Assembly (NCBI GenBank): GCA_965214405.1
Contig: OZ243956.1
Span: 800,001 to 864,000, forward strand
Direction: 5' to 3'
Source of the DNA: Trueperaceae bacterium
GTDB taxonomy: Bacteria; Deinococcota; Deinococci; Deinococcales; Trueperaceae
Length of the DNA: 64,000 nt
Under the pieces are notes generated by a model. That model did no database searches, had not been told where the DNA came from, and was given only the letters and a program-made list of their open reading frames with translations. A program made the translations under genes and the position numbers. Positions 42,685-53,702 of this stretch are shown here, piece after piece (positions within the stretch are counted from its first letter, which is position 1; every line of letters starts with the position of its first letter).

Positions 42685-42776
42685 GGATGGATTATACGAG
42701 CTAGGGTGAGCGTTTGTCGTTTTGAGGCGGTATGGCTTCATATTCGCTCAGCCAACCTTCGCTTTTCTTACCTTTT

Positions 42777-43490
42777 TTACAAGGCTTCTGGAACGAGTAG
42801 CGCAGCAGCGAGCGCCAAGGGCGCGGTTTCGGCGCGAAGGATACGCGGCCCTAGGCTCACGGCGCGGAAGCCGCGCGCCTGCAAATCCGCGACCTCTTCA
42901 TCCGTGAGACCGCCCTCCGGCCCGGTGAGAAAGGTGACTTGGGCTCCTTCTTCCGGCGTCTCTAAGTCGCGCAGCGAAACTGTGGCGGTGGGGTGGGCGA
43001 CGAGACCCAAACCCGAGGCTAGAGGCTCGAGCCTTGCCACCTCTACCATCTCCCCCACCTCCGGCACCACGCTCCGCCCCGACTGCTTGGCCGCCTCCTT
43101 GGCGACGCGTTGCAGGCGCGCGCGTTTGTTGTCCGATAAAACCTTGACGTCGCAACGGCGACTCCTCACGGGTAAAAACCGCGTCACGCCCAGTTCGGTG
43201 CCCTGACGGACCACGTCGCTCAGCTTGTCGCCCTTGAGGAGCGCCACCGCCAGGGTGACGGCGTAAGGCGCTTCGACGGGGCTGACGTGGGGTGCGTCCA
43301 AAAGGAGCGTCACCGCGTCCTCGTCAGTGCCCGCAACCGTGCCCGCGGCCTCGAGCCCCCGCCCGTCAAACGCCCGCACCGCCGCGCCGGGTTCCACGCG
43401 TAAGACTCGCAGAAGGTGATGCGCCTCGGCTCCGCGCAGCGTAGTTTCTCCCGGCGTCAAGTCTTTGAGAAACACGCGGTGCCGTCTCAT
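42777..43490 (-). CDS. rsmE: 16S rRNA m3U1498 methyltransferase
   Basis: HLLRVLR, TELGV, EAAKQSGR, GPEGG and LGPRILRAETA motifs. Confidence 0.96.
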   Translation of the reverse strand: MRRHRVFLKDLTPGETTLRGAEAHHLLRVLRVEPGAAVRAFDGRGLEAAGTVAGTDEDAVTLLLDAPHVSPVEAPYAVTLAVALLKGDKLSDVVRQGTELGVTRFLPVRSRRCDVKVLSDNKRARLQRVAKEAAKQSGRSVVPEVGEMVEVARLEPLASGLGLVAHPTATVSLRDLETPEEGAQVTFLTGPEGGLTDEEVADLQARGFRAVSLGPRILRAETAPLALAAALLVPEAL

Positions 43491-43497
43491 AATACCC

Positions 43498-44274
43498 TCA
43501 GGATTTGACGGCGTGGAGGAGCGCCCACTGTCCCTCGAGCCGGGTATCCAAAAGGTCAAAATTTGAGGTTAACGCTTCTGTAACGAGCGGCAGGCGGTCT
43601 TCCAAGATACCTGTAATAAGAAGATGACCCTCTGGAGAGAGAACGCGAGCATAAGCACTTACAAGCTCGGCGTGAAGCTCGGCGTAGAGGTTAGCGGCGA
43701 GGATGTCGGCGCTCGCGGGCGGAACCGTCTCGTCCAGGGTGCCGAGTCTAAAGCGTGCCTTGGAGTCGTTGCGCGCTCGGTTTTCCTCTGCGACGGGTAG
43801 CGTCAGGGGGTCGTTGTCGAGCCCCGAAGCCTCACCCGCGCCTAGCAGGTCGGCGGCAATCGCCAGAATACCCGAACCCGCGCCCACGTCGAGCACACGC
43901 TTATGGGCAAGCTCGAGCCTTTGCAACGCCTCCAACGCCAGCCGCGTCGTCTCGTGGTGGCCGGTACCAAAGGCCATGCCGGGGTCCAGCCAGAGAACAC
44001 GCTGGTGGGGCTTAGGCGTCACCTCGCGGTGGGTGGGGGCGATGATGAGGCGGCCCAAGACGACGGGCTCGAGTTCGGCGTAATAACGCGCCACCCAGTC
44101 CGTCGCCGCGACCTCCTCCCAACGTCCGGGCAGGGACAGGGCCACGCGGGCGGGAAAGTAGGCGACGACCTCCCAACCCTCTTGCGCCACGCCCGTGCAG
44201 CCCGCGTCCCAAAGAAGGTCGGTCTCGGCCTCGAGCCCGTCCAAATCTCCCGTCATCCGAAACGCGGCACTCAT
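43498..44274 (-). CDS. prmA: ribosomal protein L11 methyltransferase
   Basis: DPGMAFGTGHHETT, LDVGAGSGILA, ANL and TGIL motifs. Confidence 0.95.
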   Translation of the reverse strand: MSAAFRMTGDLDGLEAETDLLWDAGCTGVAQEGWEVVAYFPARVALSLPGRWEEVAATDWVARYYAELEPVVLGRLIIAPTHREVTPKPHQRVLWLDPGMAFGTGHHETTRLALEALQRLELAHKRVLDVGAGSGILAIAADLLGAGEASGLDNDPLTLPVAEENRARNDSKARFRLGTLDETVPPASADILAANLYAELHAELVSAYARVLSPEGHLLITGILEDRLPLVTEALTSNFDLLDTRLEGQWALLHAVKS

Positions 44275-44301
44275 ACAGTTTTCTTCACCATAAAACCCTC
44301 T

Positions 44302-45993
44302 TCACGCGAACTCCTTTAGCGGCGCGACGCGTTCGTCCCTGGTGATGATGTCGAAGCCCAGCCGTTCGCCCTCGAGGAGGTAAAACGCGACGTTCTCTGC
44401 GCTCGTTTGCGGCCCCAGCGACTTGCGGTCAAAGGCCCTGGTGGCGGTCATAATCATCGTCTCGGCCATGCAGGCGGGTACCAAACCGTCGCCGAAATGG
44501 ATGTCGATGGAACTCCGCATCGCTCCCGGAGGCCGGACCACGCCGCCCGGAATGAGGGAGACGCCGGGCACCCCCTTCACGCTCTCGTCCACGTCGGCGG
44601 GGCGGCCCAAGTCGAAAATCCAGGCCCCCGGCTTGACGTGGCGGGCGAACAGGACCGGGTTCGGGTCGGAGGTGGCGGTAAAGATGAGGTCAGCGGCGCT
44701 GCAGGCGCTCACATCGGTGGCGGTGTGAAAGGTTGTGGCGGGAAACTTGCGCGCGAGCGTCCGGGCGCTACGCTCGAGCCTCGCCTTATCGCGGCCCACC
44801 AGAATAACCTCCCCCACCTCGGGCGCAATGGTGCGGGCCACGCCAAAGGCGACCACGCCGTTGGCCCCCACCACCGCGGCGCAGGCGTTGCGGAGCGTGC
44901 CGCCCTCCGCCGCAAAGCGCGCTAAAAGCCCCGGCACCGCCGCCTTGACCGTGCCCGCCGTATACGCGCCGCCGTTGGTGATGTGGAGGTCGGGCACCGC
45001 TTTCTGAATCTCCAAACCCTTGTTCCCGACCGTCGACCAAAACGCCCCAAGCCCGAACGCCTCCGCCCCCAACTCGCGCGCCAAACGCGCGCCCTGAATC
45101 GCCATGCGCGTGGCGTCCTCCGGGTACGCGCGAATCTGGTCGGGGAGCATCGAGCCGCCAATCAGCATCACCCGAAGCTCGCGCCCGTCCGAGAGCGTTA
45201 CGCCCCGCACTTCGCCCTGCTTTTGCGGGCGCATCGCGCGCATGACGCGGCGCAACAGGGGTTCGGGCAGGCCCCGGTTGAGGAGAAGCTCGAGCCACCT
45301 AAAGCTCCCCGCCTGCCAGAGGTCCTCGAGCGTCATGGGGTGAATCATAAAGGCCGCGTAGACCACCCCAGGGTCCACGCCCCGCACGGGCGGCGGCTCG
45401 CCTAATCTCGGCTCGGTGCCGTCCAGGATGCGCGCCAGGGAGACCTTGTGCCGCCACAGCGCGATCAGGAAAATCAACCCTGCGGCGAGCGTCAGCGTTC
45501 CCCCCTGGCCGCTCACGAGCAAGAGGAGCGGCAGCGCGACGAGCCCCGCCAGGGTCGCGGGCGCGACAAAGGCGTAGCGCGCGAGGAGCGCCGCGTACAC
45601 AAGCATCGGCAGCACCGTCACCCAAAAGGGCACGCCGCCGTAGGCCCAGAGCCCCGCCAACACGCCCAGCAGCACGCCGTTACCCCGCCCTCGAGGGGGC
45701 TCCCAGCCAAAAAGCGGCGGCGGATAGAGGTGACCCGCGTAGATGCCCAGCGCCGCCCACGGACTCCCCGCCGTGAGCGCCAGGGCCAGCGCGCCCTTGA
45801 CCACGTCCACAAAAAAAGACCCCAACGCGAGCGGTGCGCCCACAAAGCGTAGCAGGTTCTCGACCCCCACGTTGTGCGCCATCAGGTCTCGAGCCCGCCG
45901 CCCCGTCATACCCTCGACGAGGCGACTCCCCAACGGCAACGCGCCGATGAGGTAAGCCAGGACGAAGGGAGCGAGAGCGGTGAGAGCGTCCAT
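44302..45993 (-). CDS. PlsY-type glycerol-3-phosphate acyltransferase fused to an acyl-ACP-reductase-like Rossmann domain
   Basis: N-terminal part: YLIGALP, DVVKG, GHLYP, RH..L.R...GTE. C-terminal part: FMIHP, GLGAF, TNG..YTA, VVGANG, ACMAE. Confidence 0.8.
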   Translation of the reverse strand: MDALTALAPFVLAYLIGALPLGSRLVEGMTGRRARDLMAHNVGVENLLRFVGAPLALGSFFVDVVKGALALALTAGSPWAALGIYAGHLYPPPLFGWEPPRGRGNGVLLGVLAGLWAYGGVPFWVTVLPMLVYAALLARYAFVAPATLAGLVALPLLLLVSGQGGTLTLAAGLIFLIALWRHKVSLARILDGTEPRLGEPPPVRGVDPGVVYAAFMIHPMTLEDLWQAGSFRWLELLLNRGLPEPLLRRVMRAMRPQKQGEVRGVTLSDGRELRVMLIGGSMLPDQIRAYPEDATRMAIQGARLARELGAEAFGLGAFWSTVGNKGLEIQKAVPDLHITNGGAYTAGTVKAAVPGLLARFAAEGGTLRNACAAVVGANGVVAFGVARTIAPEVGEVILVGRDKARLERSARTLARKFPATTFHTATDVSACSAADLIFTATSDPNPVLFARHVKPGAWIFDLGRPADVDESVKGVPGVSLIPGGVVRPPGAMRSSIDIHFGDGLVPACMAETMIMTATRAFDRKSLGPQTSAENVAFYLLEGERLGFDIITRDERVAPLKEFA

Positions 45994-46172
45994 GTTGAGA
46001 GAATTCACGCTTAGTCAGTATAAAGCTTCGGATGAGAAAAGGACCTGTTAAACGGTAGTCGGGCGCGTAAAAGCCGGTTAACAACGTCAGGTACAGGACA
46101 AACCGCTCTTTGTTACCCGCGCGAACTCCGAACTCCGGACGCCCCGCCCCAAAGTTCGGATACAATGCGCGG

Positions 46173-47507
46173 GTGGAATCTCGTACTCCGCCTCAAAATT
46201 TAGAAGCCGAACAGAGTGTGTTGGGCAGCGTGCTTCTTGACAACGAAGTCTACGCCGCCTTGGAGGGGATGCTCAGCCCGGAGCACTTTTATAAAGAGAG
46301 TCACCGGAAAATCTTTCGGGCCTTTGAGCGCCTTTTTCGCCGCGCCGAGCCGATGGATTTGGTGACCCTGACCGAGGAGCTGAGGCAAACGGGGGAGTTA
46401 GAGACCGTCGGCAGCGTGCCCTACCTAATCGGTTTGGCCGACAGCGTGCCGACCGCCGCCTACGCCGAAAACTACGCGCGCATCGTGCTCGAGAAGGCGG
46501 TCTTGCGCGAACTCATCAGCGCGAGCGGCAGCATCATGCAGACCGCTTACGACGCGGCGATGCCCCTAGAGCAGATTCTCGACAAGGCGGAAGCGAATAT
46601 TTTTGAACTCTCGAGTTCCAAACGCACCCACGCCTTTGAGGGCATGAACACGCTCGTCACCGACACGTTCGCGCACATTAACGAACTCTTCAACAACCCC
46701 GACCCGGTGTCGGGCTTGCGGACGGGTTTTAAGGAACTCGATAACCTCACGGCGGGCCTGCAACCGAGTTCCTTAAATGTGCTCGCGGCGCGGCCCTCGA
46801 TGGGCAAAACCGCCTGCGCGCTCACCATCGGTCAAAATGTCGCCCTACGTGAGGGTAAAACGGTAGGTATTTTCAACCTGGAGATGTCCGCCGTCCAACT
46901 CGTCATGAGGATGCTCTGCTCTGAGGCGCGCGTCGACATGAGCCGGGTCAGAAACGGGCAGCTCTCCGACCGCGACTTTCAGCGTTTGGCCGACACCGCG
47001 GGCAAGATGTCTGACGTCAAAATTTTTATCGACGACACCGCCGACATGACGGTGATGGAACTCCGTAGCCGCGCGCGCCGCCTCATGGCCGAGCACGGCT
47101 TGGGGCTTATTATTATTGACTACTTGCAGCTCATGAGCGGGAGCGGGCGCAGCGGCGCGGGCGAGAACCGGCAGCAGGAGATTTCGACCATCTCGAGGAG
47201 CCTCAAGGCTTTAGCAAGAGAACTCGACATCCCAGTCTTGGTGCTGTCGCAGCTCTCGCGCGCCGTCGAGAGTCGGCCCAACAAACGCCCAATGCTCTCG
47301 GATTTGCGCGAATCAGGAGCCATCGAGCAGGACGCCGACTTGGTCATGTTTATTTACCGCGACGAGTATTACGACAAAAACTCCGAAAAGCAGGGCGTCG
47401 CGGAGATTATCATCGGCAAGCAGCGCAACGGCCCGGTGGGCACGGTCGAGCTTCAGTTCCACAACGCCCACGTGCGCTTTAACGACCTCGCCAAGACGGT
47501 GCCGTAA
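46173..47507 (+). CDS. dnaB: replicative DNA helicase
   Basis: PPQNLEAEQSVLG, AARPSMGKT, IDYLQL, SQLSR and DLRESGAIEQDAD motifs. Leaderless GTG start. Confidence 0.98.
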   Translation: MESRTPPQNLEAEQSVLGSVLLDNEVYAALEGMLSPEHFYKESHRKIFRAFERLFRRAEPMDLVTLTEELRQTGELETVGSVPYLIGLADSVPTAAYAENYARIVLEKAVLRELISASGSIMQTAYDAAMPLEQILDKAEANIFELSSSKRTHAFEGMNTLVTDTFAHINELFNNPDPVSGLRTGFKELDNLTAGLQPSSLNVLAARPSMGKTACALTIGQNVALREGKTVGIFNLEMSAVQLVMRMLCSEARVDMSRVRNGQLSDRDFQRLADTAGKMSDVKIFIDDTADMTVMELRSRARRLMAEHGLGLIIIDYLQLMSGSGRSGAGENRQQEISTISRSLKALARELDIPVLVLSQLSRAVESRPNKRPMLSDLRESGAIEQDADLVMFIYRDEYYDKNSEKQGVAEIIIGKQRNGPVGTVELQFHNAHVRFNDLAKTVP

Positions 47508-47758
47508 ACTTTTGCTAAACCTGTACAGATTTGCGTAGGAAGAACGTCAGAATCCAGAAGGGAGAATGAAGGGGTGCTTCTTTATCCCTGATTCCCCCTT
47601 TTGTATTCCCGATTTCTCAGCACGTTTTGAACGGCTCCTCAGCAACTTCTTTATGAAATGATTCTGGTAAACCTTGCGCACACGCCTGCGCCGTGAACAG
47701 GAGCGGGAGTGGCGTTTTGCATCACACAGTTTTCAGCGGGGCACGTTAAACTATTCAT

Positions 47759-49666
47759 ATGGGCAAATTTCCCCTCCGCGGTCTGCTGATCGCCCTGGCG
47801 GTGCTGGGGCTCATTGTTTTCGTCGCCTCTCAGAACAACGGTCGGAGCCAAGCGTCCGGCAAAAGTCTTACCGAATTCCTGTCGCTGGTCGATGCGGGTC
47901 GGGTGGGCAGCGTGAACGCTCGAGAAAACGAACTCACCGTCACCCCGACGGGCGGCGGCGAGCCGTACACCACGCGGCTGGCGAGCCCCCTGACCTTGGA
48001 CGAGGTCCAAAGGTTACAGGCGGAAGGCGTCAACGTCACCATCGAACCGCCCGGACAGAACTGGGGCGGCATCATGATCACCCTGCTGCCGATTTTGCTG
48101 ATGGTCGGCTTTTTGTGGTATTTGATGCGCGGGATGCGGAGCGGCGGCGACGGCGCGGTGTCCTTTGGCAAGTCGCGCGCGCGGTTAGTCACCGAGGAGA
48201 ACTCGAGCACGCTCTTCAAAGATGTAGCGGGCGTTGAAGAGGCCAAAAACGACCTTTACGAAGTGGTCGAATTCTTAAAAAATCCTTCTAAGTTTCACGC
48301 GCTCGGCGCGCGCATCCCGCACGGCGTCTTGATGGTGGGGCCGCCCGGCTCAGGCAAGACGCACCTCGCCAAGGCGGTCGCGGGCGAGGCGCGCGTGCCC
48401 TTTTTCAGCATCTCGGGTTCGGATTTTGTCGAGATGTTTGTGGGCGTGGGCGCGGCGCGTGTGCGCGACTTGTTCGAGCAGGCCAAAAAGAACGCGCCCT
48501 GCATTGTGTTTATTGACGAGATCGACGCGGTCGGCAGACGCCGCGGCATGAACATCAACGGCGGCAACGACGAGCGCGAGCAGACCCTGAACGCGCTTTT
48601 AGTTGAGATGGACGGCTTTGAGTCCAAGCACGACATCATCATCGTCGCGGCGACGAACCGCCCCGATGTGCTCGACCCTGCGCTTTTACGCCCTGGCCGC
48701 TTCGACCGTCAGGTCGTCGTGGACGCGCCCGACGCGAAGGGCCGCGAAGCCATCTTGCGCATTCACGCGCGCGGCAAGCCCCTGTCCAAGACCGTCAACC
48801 TCAAAACCGTCGCGCGGCGCACCCCCGGGTTTGTCGGCGCGGACCTAGAAAACCTCCTCAACGAGGCCGCGCTCGTGGCGGCGCGGAGCGGTCACAAGGA
48901 AATTTCGCCCTTTGATCTGGACGAGGCCGCCGACCGCGTGGTGATGGGTCCCGAGCGGCGCAGCCGGGTCATCAGCCCGCGCGAAAAGCGCATCACCGCC
49001 TTTCACGAGGCGGGGCACGCGCTGGCGGCGCAGCTTCTGGAACACGCCGACCCGGTCCACAAAATTACCATCGTACCGAGGGGCCGCGCGATGGGCTACG
49101 TGATGCGCGTATCCGAAGAGGACCGCATGTCGATGAGCAAAACGATGTTGATTGACACCATCGCCGTGGCCCTGGCGGGGCGCGCCGCCGAAGAGATCAT
49201 TTTTAACGACGTGACCACGGGCGCGGCGAACGATTTTCAGCAGGCCACCAATATTGCTAGGCGCATGGTCTCGAGCTGGGGCATGAGCGATTCGCTGGGT
49301 AAAATCGCGCTCTCGAGTTCCAACGAGTCGTATTTAGGCGAGTACGAAGGCGCGCGCACCTACAGCGAGGAGACGGCGCGGCTCATCGACAACGAAGTCA
49401 AGGCGATTATCGACGGGCAGTACGAGCGGGTGCTGACCCTCTTGCAAGAAAACCGCGCCACGATAGACACGATTGTCGAGGTGCTGTTGGAGCGTGAAAC
49501 GCTTCACGCCGACGACTTTGACAAGCTCATGCGCGGCGAGCCGTTGCCGCCTTATGAGGGGGTGCTCGTGGCTCCCGAACCCCAAGACGCGCCCCACGTC
49601 GCCCCCCCCGACGTCAAACCCAAGGGACCGCTTTTGCCACCGGGGATGATGCCCAAGCCGGGCTGA
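47759..49666 (+). CDS. ftsH: ATP-dependent zinc metalloprotease FtsH
   Basis: [21 protein letters not shown] and HEAGH motifs; two TM helices. Confidence 0.98.
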   Translation: MGKFPLRGLLIALAVLGLIVFVASQNNGRSQASGKSLTEFLSLVDAGRVGSVNARENELTVTPTGGGEPYTTRLASPLTLDEVQRLQAEGVNVTIEPPGQNWGGIMITLLPILLMVGFLWYLMRGMRSGGDGAVSFGKSRARLVTEENSSTLFKDVAGVEEAKNDLYEVVEFLKNPSKFHALGARIPHGVLMVGPPGSGKTHLAKAVAGEARVPFFSISGSDFVEMFVGVGAARVRDLFEQAKKNAPCIVFIDEIDAVGRRRGMNINGGNDEREQTLNALLVEMDGFESKHDIIIVAATNRPDVLDPALLRPGRFDRQVVVDAPDAKGREAILRIHARGKPLSKTVNLKTVARRTPGFVGADLENLLNEAALVAARSGHKEISPFDLDEAADRVVMGPERRSRVISPREKRITAFHEAGHALAAQLLEHADPVHKITIVPRGRAMGYVMRVSEEDRMSMSKTMLIDTIAVALAGRAAEEIIFNDVTTGAANDFQQATNIARRMVSSWGMSDSLGKIALSSSNESYLGEYEGARTYSEETARLIDNEVKAIIDGQYERVLTLLQENRATIDTIVEVLLERETLHADDFDKLMRGEPLPPYEGVLVAPEPQDAPHVAPPDVKPKGPLLPPGMMPKPG

Positions 49667-49690
49667 ACCCGCATCTAAAAAAGTTTTGTG

Positions 49691-49729
49691 ACCGCCTCAG
49701 CACCGTCTGGGGCGGTTTCTTTTATTCTT
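49691..49729 (+). terminator. intrinsic terminator after ftsH
   Basis: ACCGCCTCAG-loop-CTGGGGCGGT followed by TTCTTTATTCTT. Confidence 0.75.
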
Positions 49730-49832
49730 GCCGGTCCAGTTGAGGTAACGAAGAAAGTTTCCTAAAGCACAAACCGAAATTATGTGGTTAACGTGCCCAC
49801 CTCCCGCACAGCACAGCTTCCAGCAGTCTAAA

Positions 49833-50756
49833 TTAAGATAGAGATAAATACTTATCGTCCGGTAGCTCCGCCAGTCTCCCAAGTTGCGCCTCAATCAGCT
49901 CTAAAAGCTCGGCTTCACCTGATGGGTTTAAGAGGTTAGCGAGTGAGACCTGTTTCGCCAGCTCGCTAAGCACCACGAAGCCAATAAAGTACCCTGCCCG
50001 TTCGGGCACGACGCCGTCGCCCGACCAAGGTACGAAATACCGCCGATACATAGCGTCCTCGGTAGAGCGCAGGTGGGCAAGAAGGTCTTCAACGATAGAA
50101 ACGCGCAAGCGCCATGTTTGCTCGGGTAAGCCTTTGGGAAAGTCCAGCATGAGTTCCGCGTAGGAGGCTTGCGGGTTCAACATATGGCTGATGTAGGTGG
50201 CGAGCCCCTCTTCCCAAAGATTGAGCAGGAGCGTGTCAGCCTCGTACCACTCCCGCGAGGCCGGGAGGTGTCGTTGCTTCAAATAAACGTGGGTTAGCTC
50301 GTGGTGAAAGAAGGGGGTGTTGTCTTGCCAGGTGTGAAACCTAGCCATCATGTCCAGGCCGAGAATGAAGGTTGGTTCCCCCTCTAGCTCTCGCATCCCT
50401 CCGTTCATCGCCTTGAGGGAATGCAGGAGATGCACGTCAAAGTTTGTATGAAAGTCTGGAAATTGGGCCTCAAAGGATGCTAGCGCGCGCTTCAACTGAT
50501 CCGGAACGGTTGCTTGCAGGCGGACAAAGTCGCTCTTATAGTGCGCGAACGCGGTGAACTCCTCGAGCAGCATCGTCTCAACCTGTTTACCCTCAGCTTC
50601 CCACTTCGACAGCCTTAGGTCGTAAAAGGCGGGGTTTGTCGGGTGAAGTTCGGACCAGAAGCGCTCTAGCTTCTCCTCGTTGGACTTTCCCAAAGTTCCC
50701 TCATAGAACTCAACAAAAGCGGGGGTGGCGTCGTGAAGGTCCATGCGAGTCCTCAA
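49833..50756 (-). CDS. putative Zn-dependent protease (DUF2268-like)
   Basis: HHELTH...EEGLA gluzincin-like motif and RAGYFIG. Confidence 0.7.
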   Translation of the reverse strand: MRTRMDLHDATPAFVEFYEGTLGKSNEEKLERFWSELHPTNPAFYDLRLSKWEAEGKQVETMLLEEFTAFAHYKSDFVRLQATVPDQLKRALASFEAQFPDFHTNFDVHLLHSLKAMNGGMRELEGEPTFILGLDMMARFHTWQDNTPFFHHELTHVYLKQRHLPASREWYEADTLLLNLWEEGLATYISHMLNPQASYAELMLDFPKGLPEQTWRLRVSIVEDLLAHLRSTEDAMYRRYFVPWSGDGVVPERAGYFIGFVVLSELAKQVSLANLLNPSGEAELLELIEAQLGRLAELPDDKYLSLS

Positions 50757-51266
50757 GAGTGCAGCTTATACGTGAACGGGCTGCCAAACGCACAAACCAG
50801 TCACACGGCGGTAACGCTTGGCAGTGGAGAACATTCGACACTTCACGGTGAGGCGCACTCAAACCACCGTCCGTTCCGCCTATGCCAGAACCGCTCGAGC
50901 CCCGCCACCCGCACGATATTGAACATCCTCCCGACGCCAAAATGAGAAAAATACCCCAATCCATAGCCGCGTAAGAAATCCTATAACGCTTCCTCCCCCA
51001 TTCAAAGTGTTTAATAAAAACGTTGTCTGTGACAATAATCTTTAAGATTCTGAGGAAGAAATTGCACGCCAAAACCTTTATCTGGGTGCGAAATTTTTAT
51101 CCCAGGTTTATGAGAGGCCGGTGCTAGACTTCTGAGGATTTAAGCGGGTTTCATCGACACTGAGGGAGCAAAAGCGCAGATTATTCGTTTTCAGACTCTG
51201 TCCTGGACAGTGACTCGCGGCCCGTACTCGCTCAGACCAGATGGACCCTGCTATAGGAGGAGATTT

Positions 51267-52451
51267 ATGACCGCAATGCGCGAATCGCTGTCGCGCCTTT
51301 TTAATCCTCGAGTTGAAGCCGTCGGTCTCGAGATCGGGACGAGCGCGCTCAAGGTCGTGGAGCTTCGGGGTGGCAAGCCGCCCTCTCTGGGGGCCATTGG
51401 GATACGGCCTACGCCGCCCGGACTCTTGCAAGAGGACGGGGTCGTCGACGCCGCGGGGCTGGCCGAGGAAATCAAGGCGCTGTTTAAAGAGGCGGGCATC
51501 ACCAAGCGCTTCGTGGTCACCGCGGTGGGGAACCGCCAGGCCATCACCCGCAACATCCTCGTTCCCAAGATGACGCTAAAGGAGCTTGAAGAGGCCATCA
51601 AGTGGGAGGCCGAGCGCTATATTCCCTTTCCCATCGACGAGGTGGCCTTAGACTACTACGTGCTCGATAATCCCGACGACGTCGAGGAGGAGGGGCAGCT
51701 AGAGGTGGTCATCGCCGCGGCCCGGTTGGATTTGGTCACGCAGCAGGTTGATTATCTCAAATTGGCGGGGCTCGAGCCCGTGGTGGTCGATATCAAGCCC
51801 TTTTCGCTCCTGCGCTCGCTGCGGGGCTCGCTCCTGGGCGCGCACCTCAACAAAACGACGCTCACCGGGGACGGTTACACGGAGGCCGACGAGGTCGGCG
51901 TGGTGTTGGAGATCGCCGCGTCGAACACGACGATTACCTTAGCGCGCGGCGAGCGGGTTCTCATGAACCGCAACATCGGCGTGTCGGGCGACGACTTTAC
52001 CGCCGCCATCCAGCGCTCTTTCGGGCTCGACTTCGACTCCGCCGAGGAGGTCAAGCTCGACTACGGCACCGCGATGATTCCCACCGAGGACGAGGAAGAA
52101 CTGCTCAACTTCGACGCCAAGCGCGAGCAGTTCTCGCCGGGCCGCGTCTACGAGGCGCTGCGCCCCGTGCTGGTCGACCTCACCACCGAGGTGCGCCGCA
52201 GCCTAGAGTTTTTCCGCGTCCAGGCGGGCGACGCCAACATAGGCCGGATGATCGTTTCGGGCGGCGGGGCCAAGCTGCGCGGGCTGCCCGACGCGATCGG
52301 CGACGCGCTGGGTTTTCGCGTCGAGTTGGGCGACCCCTGGCTCACCGTCCACAGCGACGAGCGTTTTGACGCGCAGTATCTGCGCCGCGTCGGCCCCGAA
52401 TGTTGTGTGGCCCTGGGATTGGCGCTTAGGGGGGTGAACGCCCTTGATTAA
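51267..52451 (+). CDS. pilM: type IV pilus assembly protein PilM
   Basis: GLEIGTSALKVV, EAERYIPF, EVRRSLEFF, SGGG and GLALRG motifs; AGGAGG RBS. Confidence 0.96.
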   Translation: MTAMRESLSRLFNPRVEAVGLEIGTSALKVVELRGGKPPSLGAIGIRPTPPGLLQEDGVVDAAGLAEEIKALFKEAGITKRFVVTAVGNRQAITRNILVPKMTLKELEEAIKWEAERYIPFPIDEVALDYYVLDNPDDVEEEGQLEVVIAAARLDLVTQQVDYLKLAGLEPVVVDIKPFSLLRSLRGSLLGAHLNKTTLTGDGYTEADEVGVVLEIAASNTTITLARGERVLMNRNIGVSGDDFTAAIQRSFGLDFDSAEEVKLDYGTAMIPTEDEEELLNFDAKREQFSPGRVYEALRPVLVDLTTEVRRSLEFFRVQAGDANIGRMIVSGGGAKLRGLPDAIGDALGFRVELGDPWLTVHSDERFDAQYLRRVGPECCVALGLALRGVNALD

Positions 52452-53127
52452 CGTTAACTTGATGCCCAAAAACCTGCGGCGGCGGCGCGAGCCGGGTTAC
52501 TGGCGCTTTATCGCGCTCCTTTTCCCGCTTCTCGTGCTGGGCGTCGCGGGGTTTATGCAGGTGTCTGTAAGCGCAACCGCGCGGACCTTGGCCGAAGAGC
52601 GCGACCTGCGCGAACTCAAACTAAGCACGCTGCAACCCGCGCTCGAGGAGCAAGAAAGGCTCCAGGCCCGTCAGCGCCAACTGGGCGAGCTTATCGCGGT
52701 GCGTAATTCGGTTCAGGCGGGCAAAATCGACTGGACGGACGAACTCGCGTCGATGTTGGAAACGCTGCCCCCGCCTATGGACACCGGCCTGCCGCGGGTC
52801 GAATTCAACGCCTTGAGCATGAGCGCGCTCGGGGGCGAACCCAACGACGCTTACGACGGCGCCCCTACAGTTGCGGAGATGACCGTCGCGGGCACCGCGG
52901 TCACGTCCGAGGTTTTGGCCCAGTACGTGCGTTCGCTCGAGCTTTCGCCCCTTTTTGCCGTCGCCTTTCAAAACGCGTCCCGAGACGAGGAAAGCGGGTT
53001 TTACAGCTTTAGCCTCACCGTCGGCGCGCTTGGGGATCAACCCGACGCGCAACCGGACGCGCCCGGTGAAGAAGCGCCGGACGCCTTGGGTGGCCTTGAA
53101 GCCAACCAGTCAGGAGCGGGTCAATGA
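52444..53127 (+). CDS. pilN: type IV pilus assembly protein PilN
   Basis: N-terminal INVNLMP motif, TM helix and coiled coil; operon position. Confidence 0.88.
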   Translation: MINVNLMPKNLRRRREPGYWRFIALLFPLLVLGVAGFMQVSVSATARTLAEERDLRELKLSTLQPALEEQERLQARQRQLGELIAVRNSVQAGKIDWTDELASMLETLPPPMDTGLPRVEFNALSMSALGGEPNDAYDGAPTVAEMTVAGTAVTSEVLAQYVRSLELSPLFAVAFQNASRDEESGFYSFSLTVGALGDQPDAQPDAPGEEAPDALGGLEANQSGAGQ

Positions 53128-53702
53128 TGCCTAAGCTGCGTAATCTGCGCCAGCGCGACGTCGCGCTGCTCGTCCTCGCCGCGACGGTGCTCGGGGCCGC
53201 GCTCTGGTACTTCTACCTTTATAAGCCCGTCCAGACGCGTATCAGCGGGCTCGAGGATGAGATCACCCAGCTAGACCTCCAGATCACCCGCGGCGAGGCC
53301 GCGCAGGCCAACCTGCCCATCTTGCGCGAGGCCGTCGAAGAACTCAAGGCGGACGGTCGAGCCTTTTTGGAGCAGCTCCCCCGCGAGAACAACATCGCCG
53401 CGCTCATTGACGAACTCAAAGACGGGGCTGAGAGCGCCTCTGTAACGCTCGACGCCATCAGCCGGGGCAGCGGCGGCGAGGAGGTCCAGGACGTGAGGCC
53501 CATCGGTATCAACATCTCGACGCAGGGCACCTACGCCCAGACCATGACGTTTTTGGAAACTTTGGAGACGCTGCGCCGCTTTACCAAAATAGGCCAGGTC
53601 GACCTGTCGCTCCAAGACGAAGGCGTGCTCGACCCCGCCCTCAGCGCCACCTACACCTTTACCGTCTACGTTTTTACGGGCGAAGACCCCGGAGATTTAT
53701 AA
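53124..53702 (+). CDS. pilO: type IV pilus assembly protein PilO
   Basis: TM helix plus coiled coil, LP, G.Y....FL..LE...R motif; operon position. Confidence 0.88.
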   Translation: MMPKLRNLRQRDVALLVLAATVLGAALWYFYLYKPVQTRISGLEDEITQLDLQITRGEAAQANLPILREAVEELKADGRAFLEQLPRENNIAALIDELKDGAESASVTLDAISRGSGGEEVQDVRPIGINISTQGTYAQTMTFLETLETLRRFTKIGQVDLSLQDEGVLDPALSATYTFTVYVFTGEDPGDL

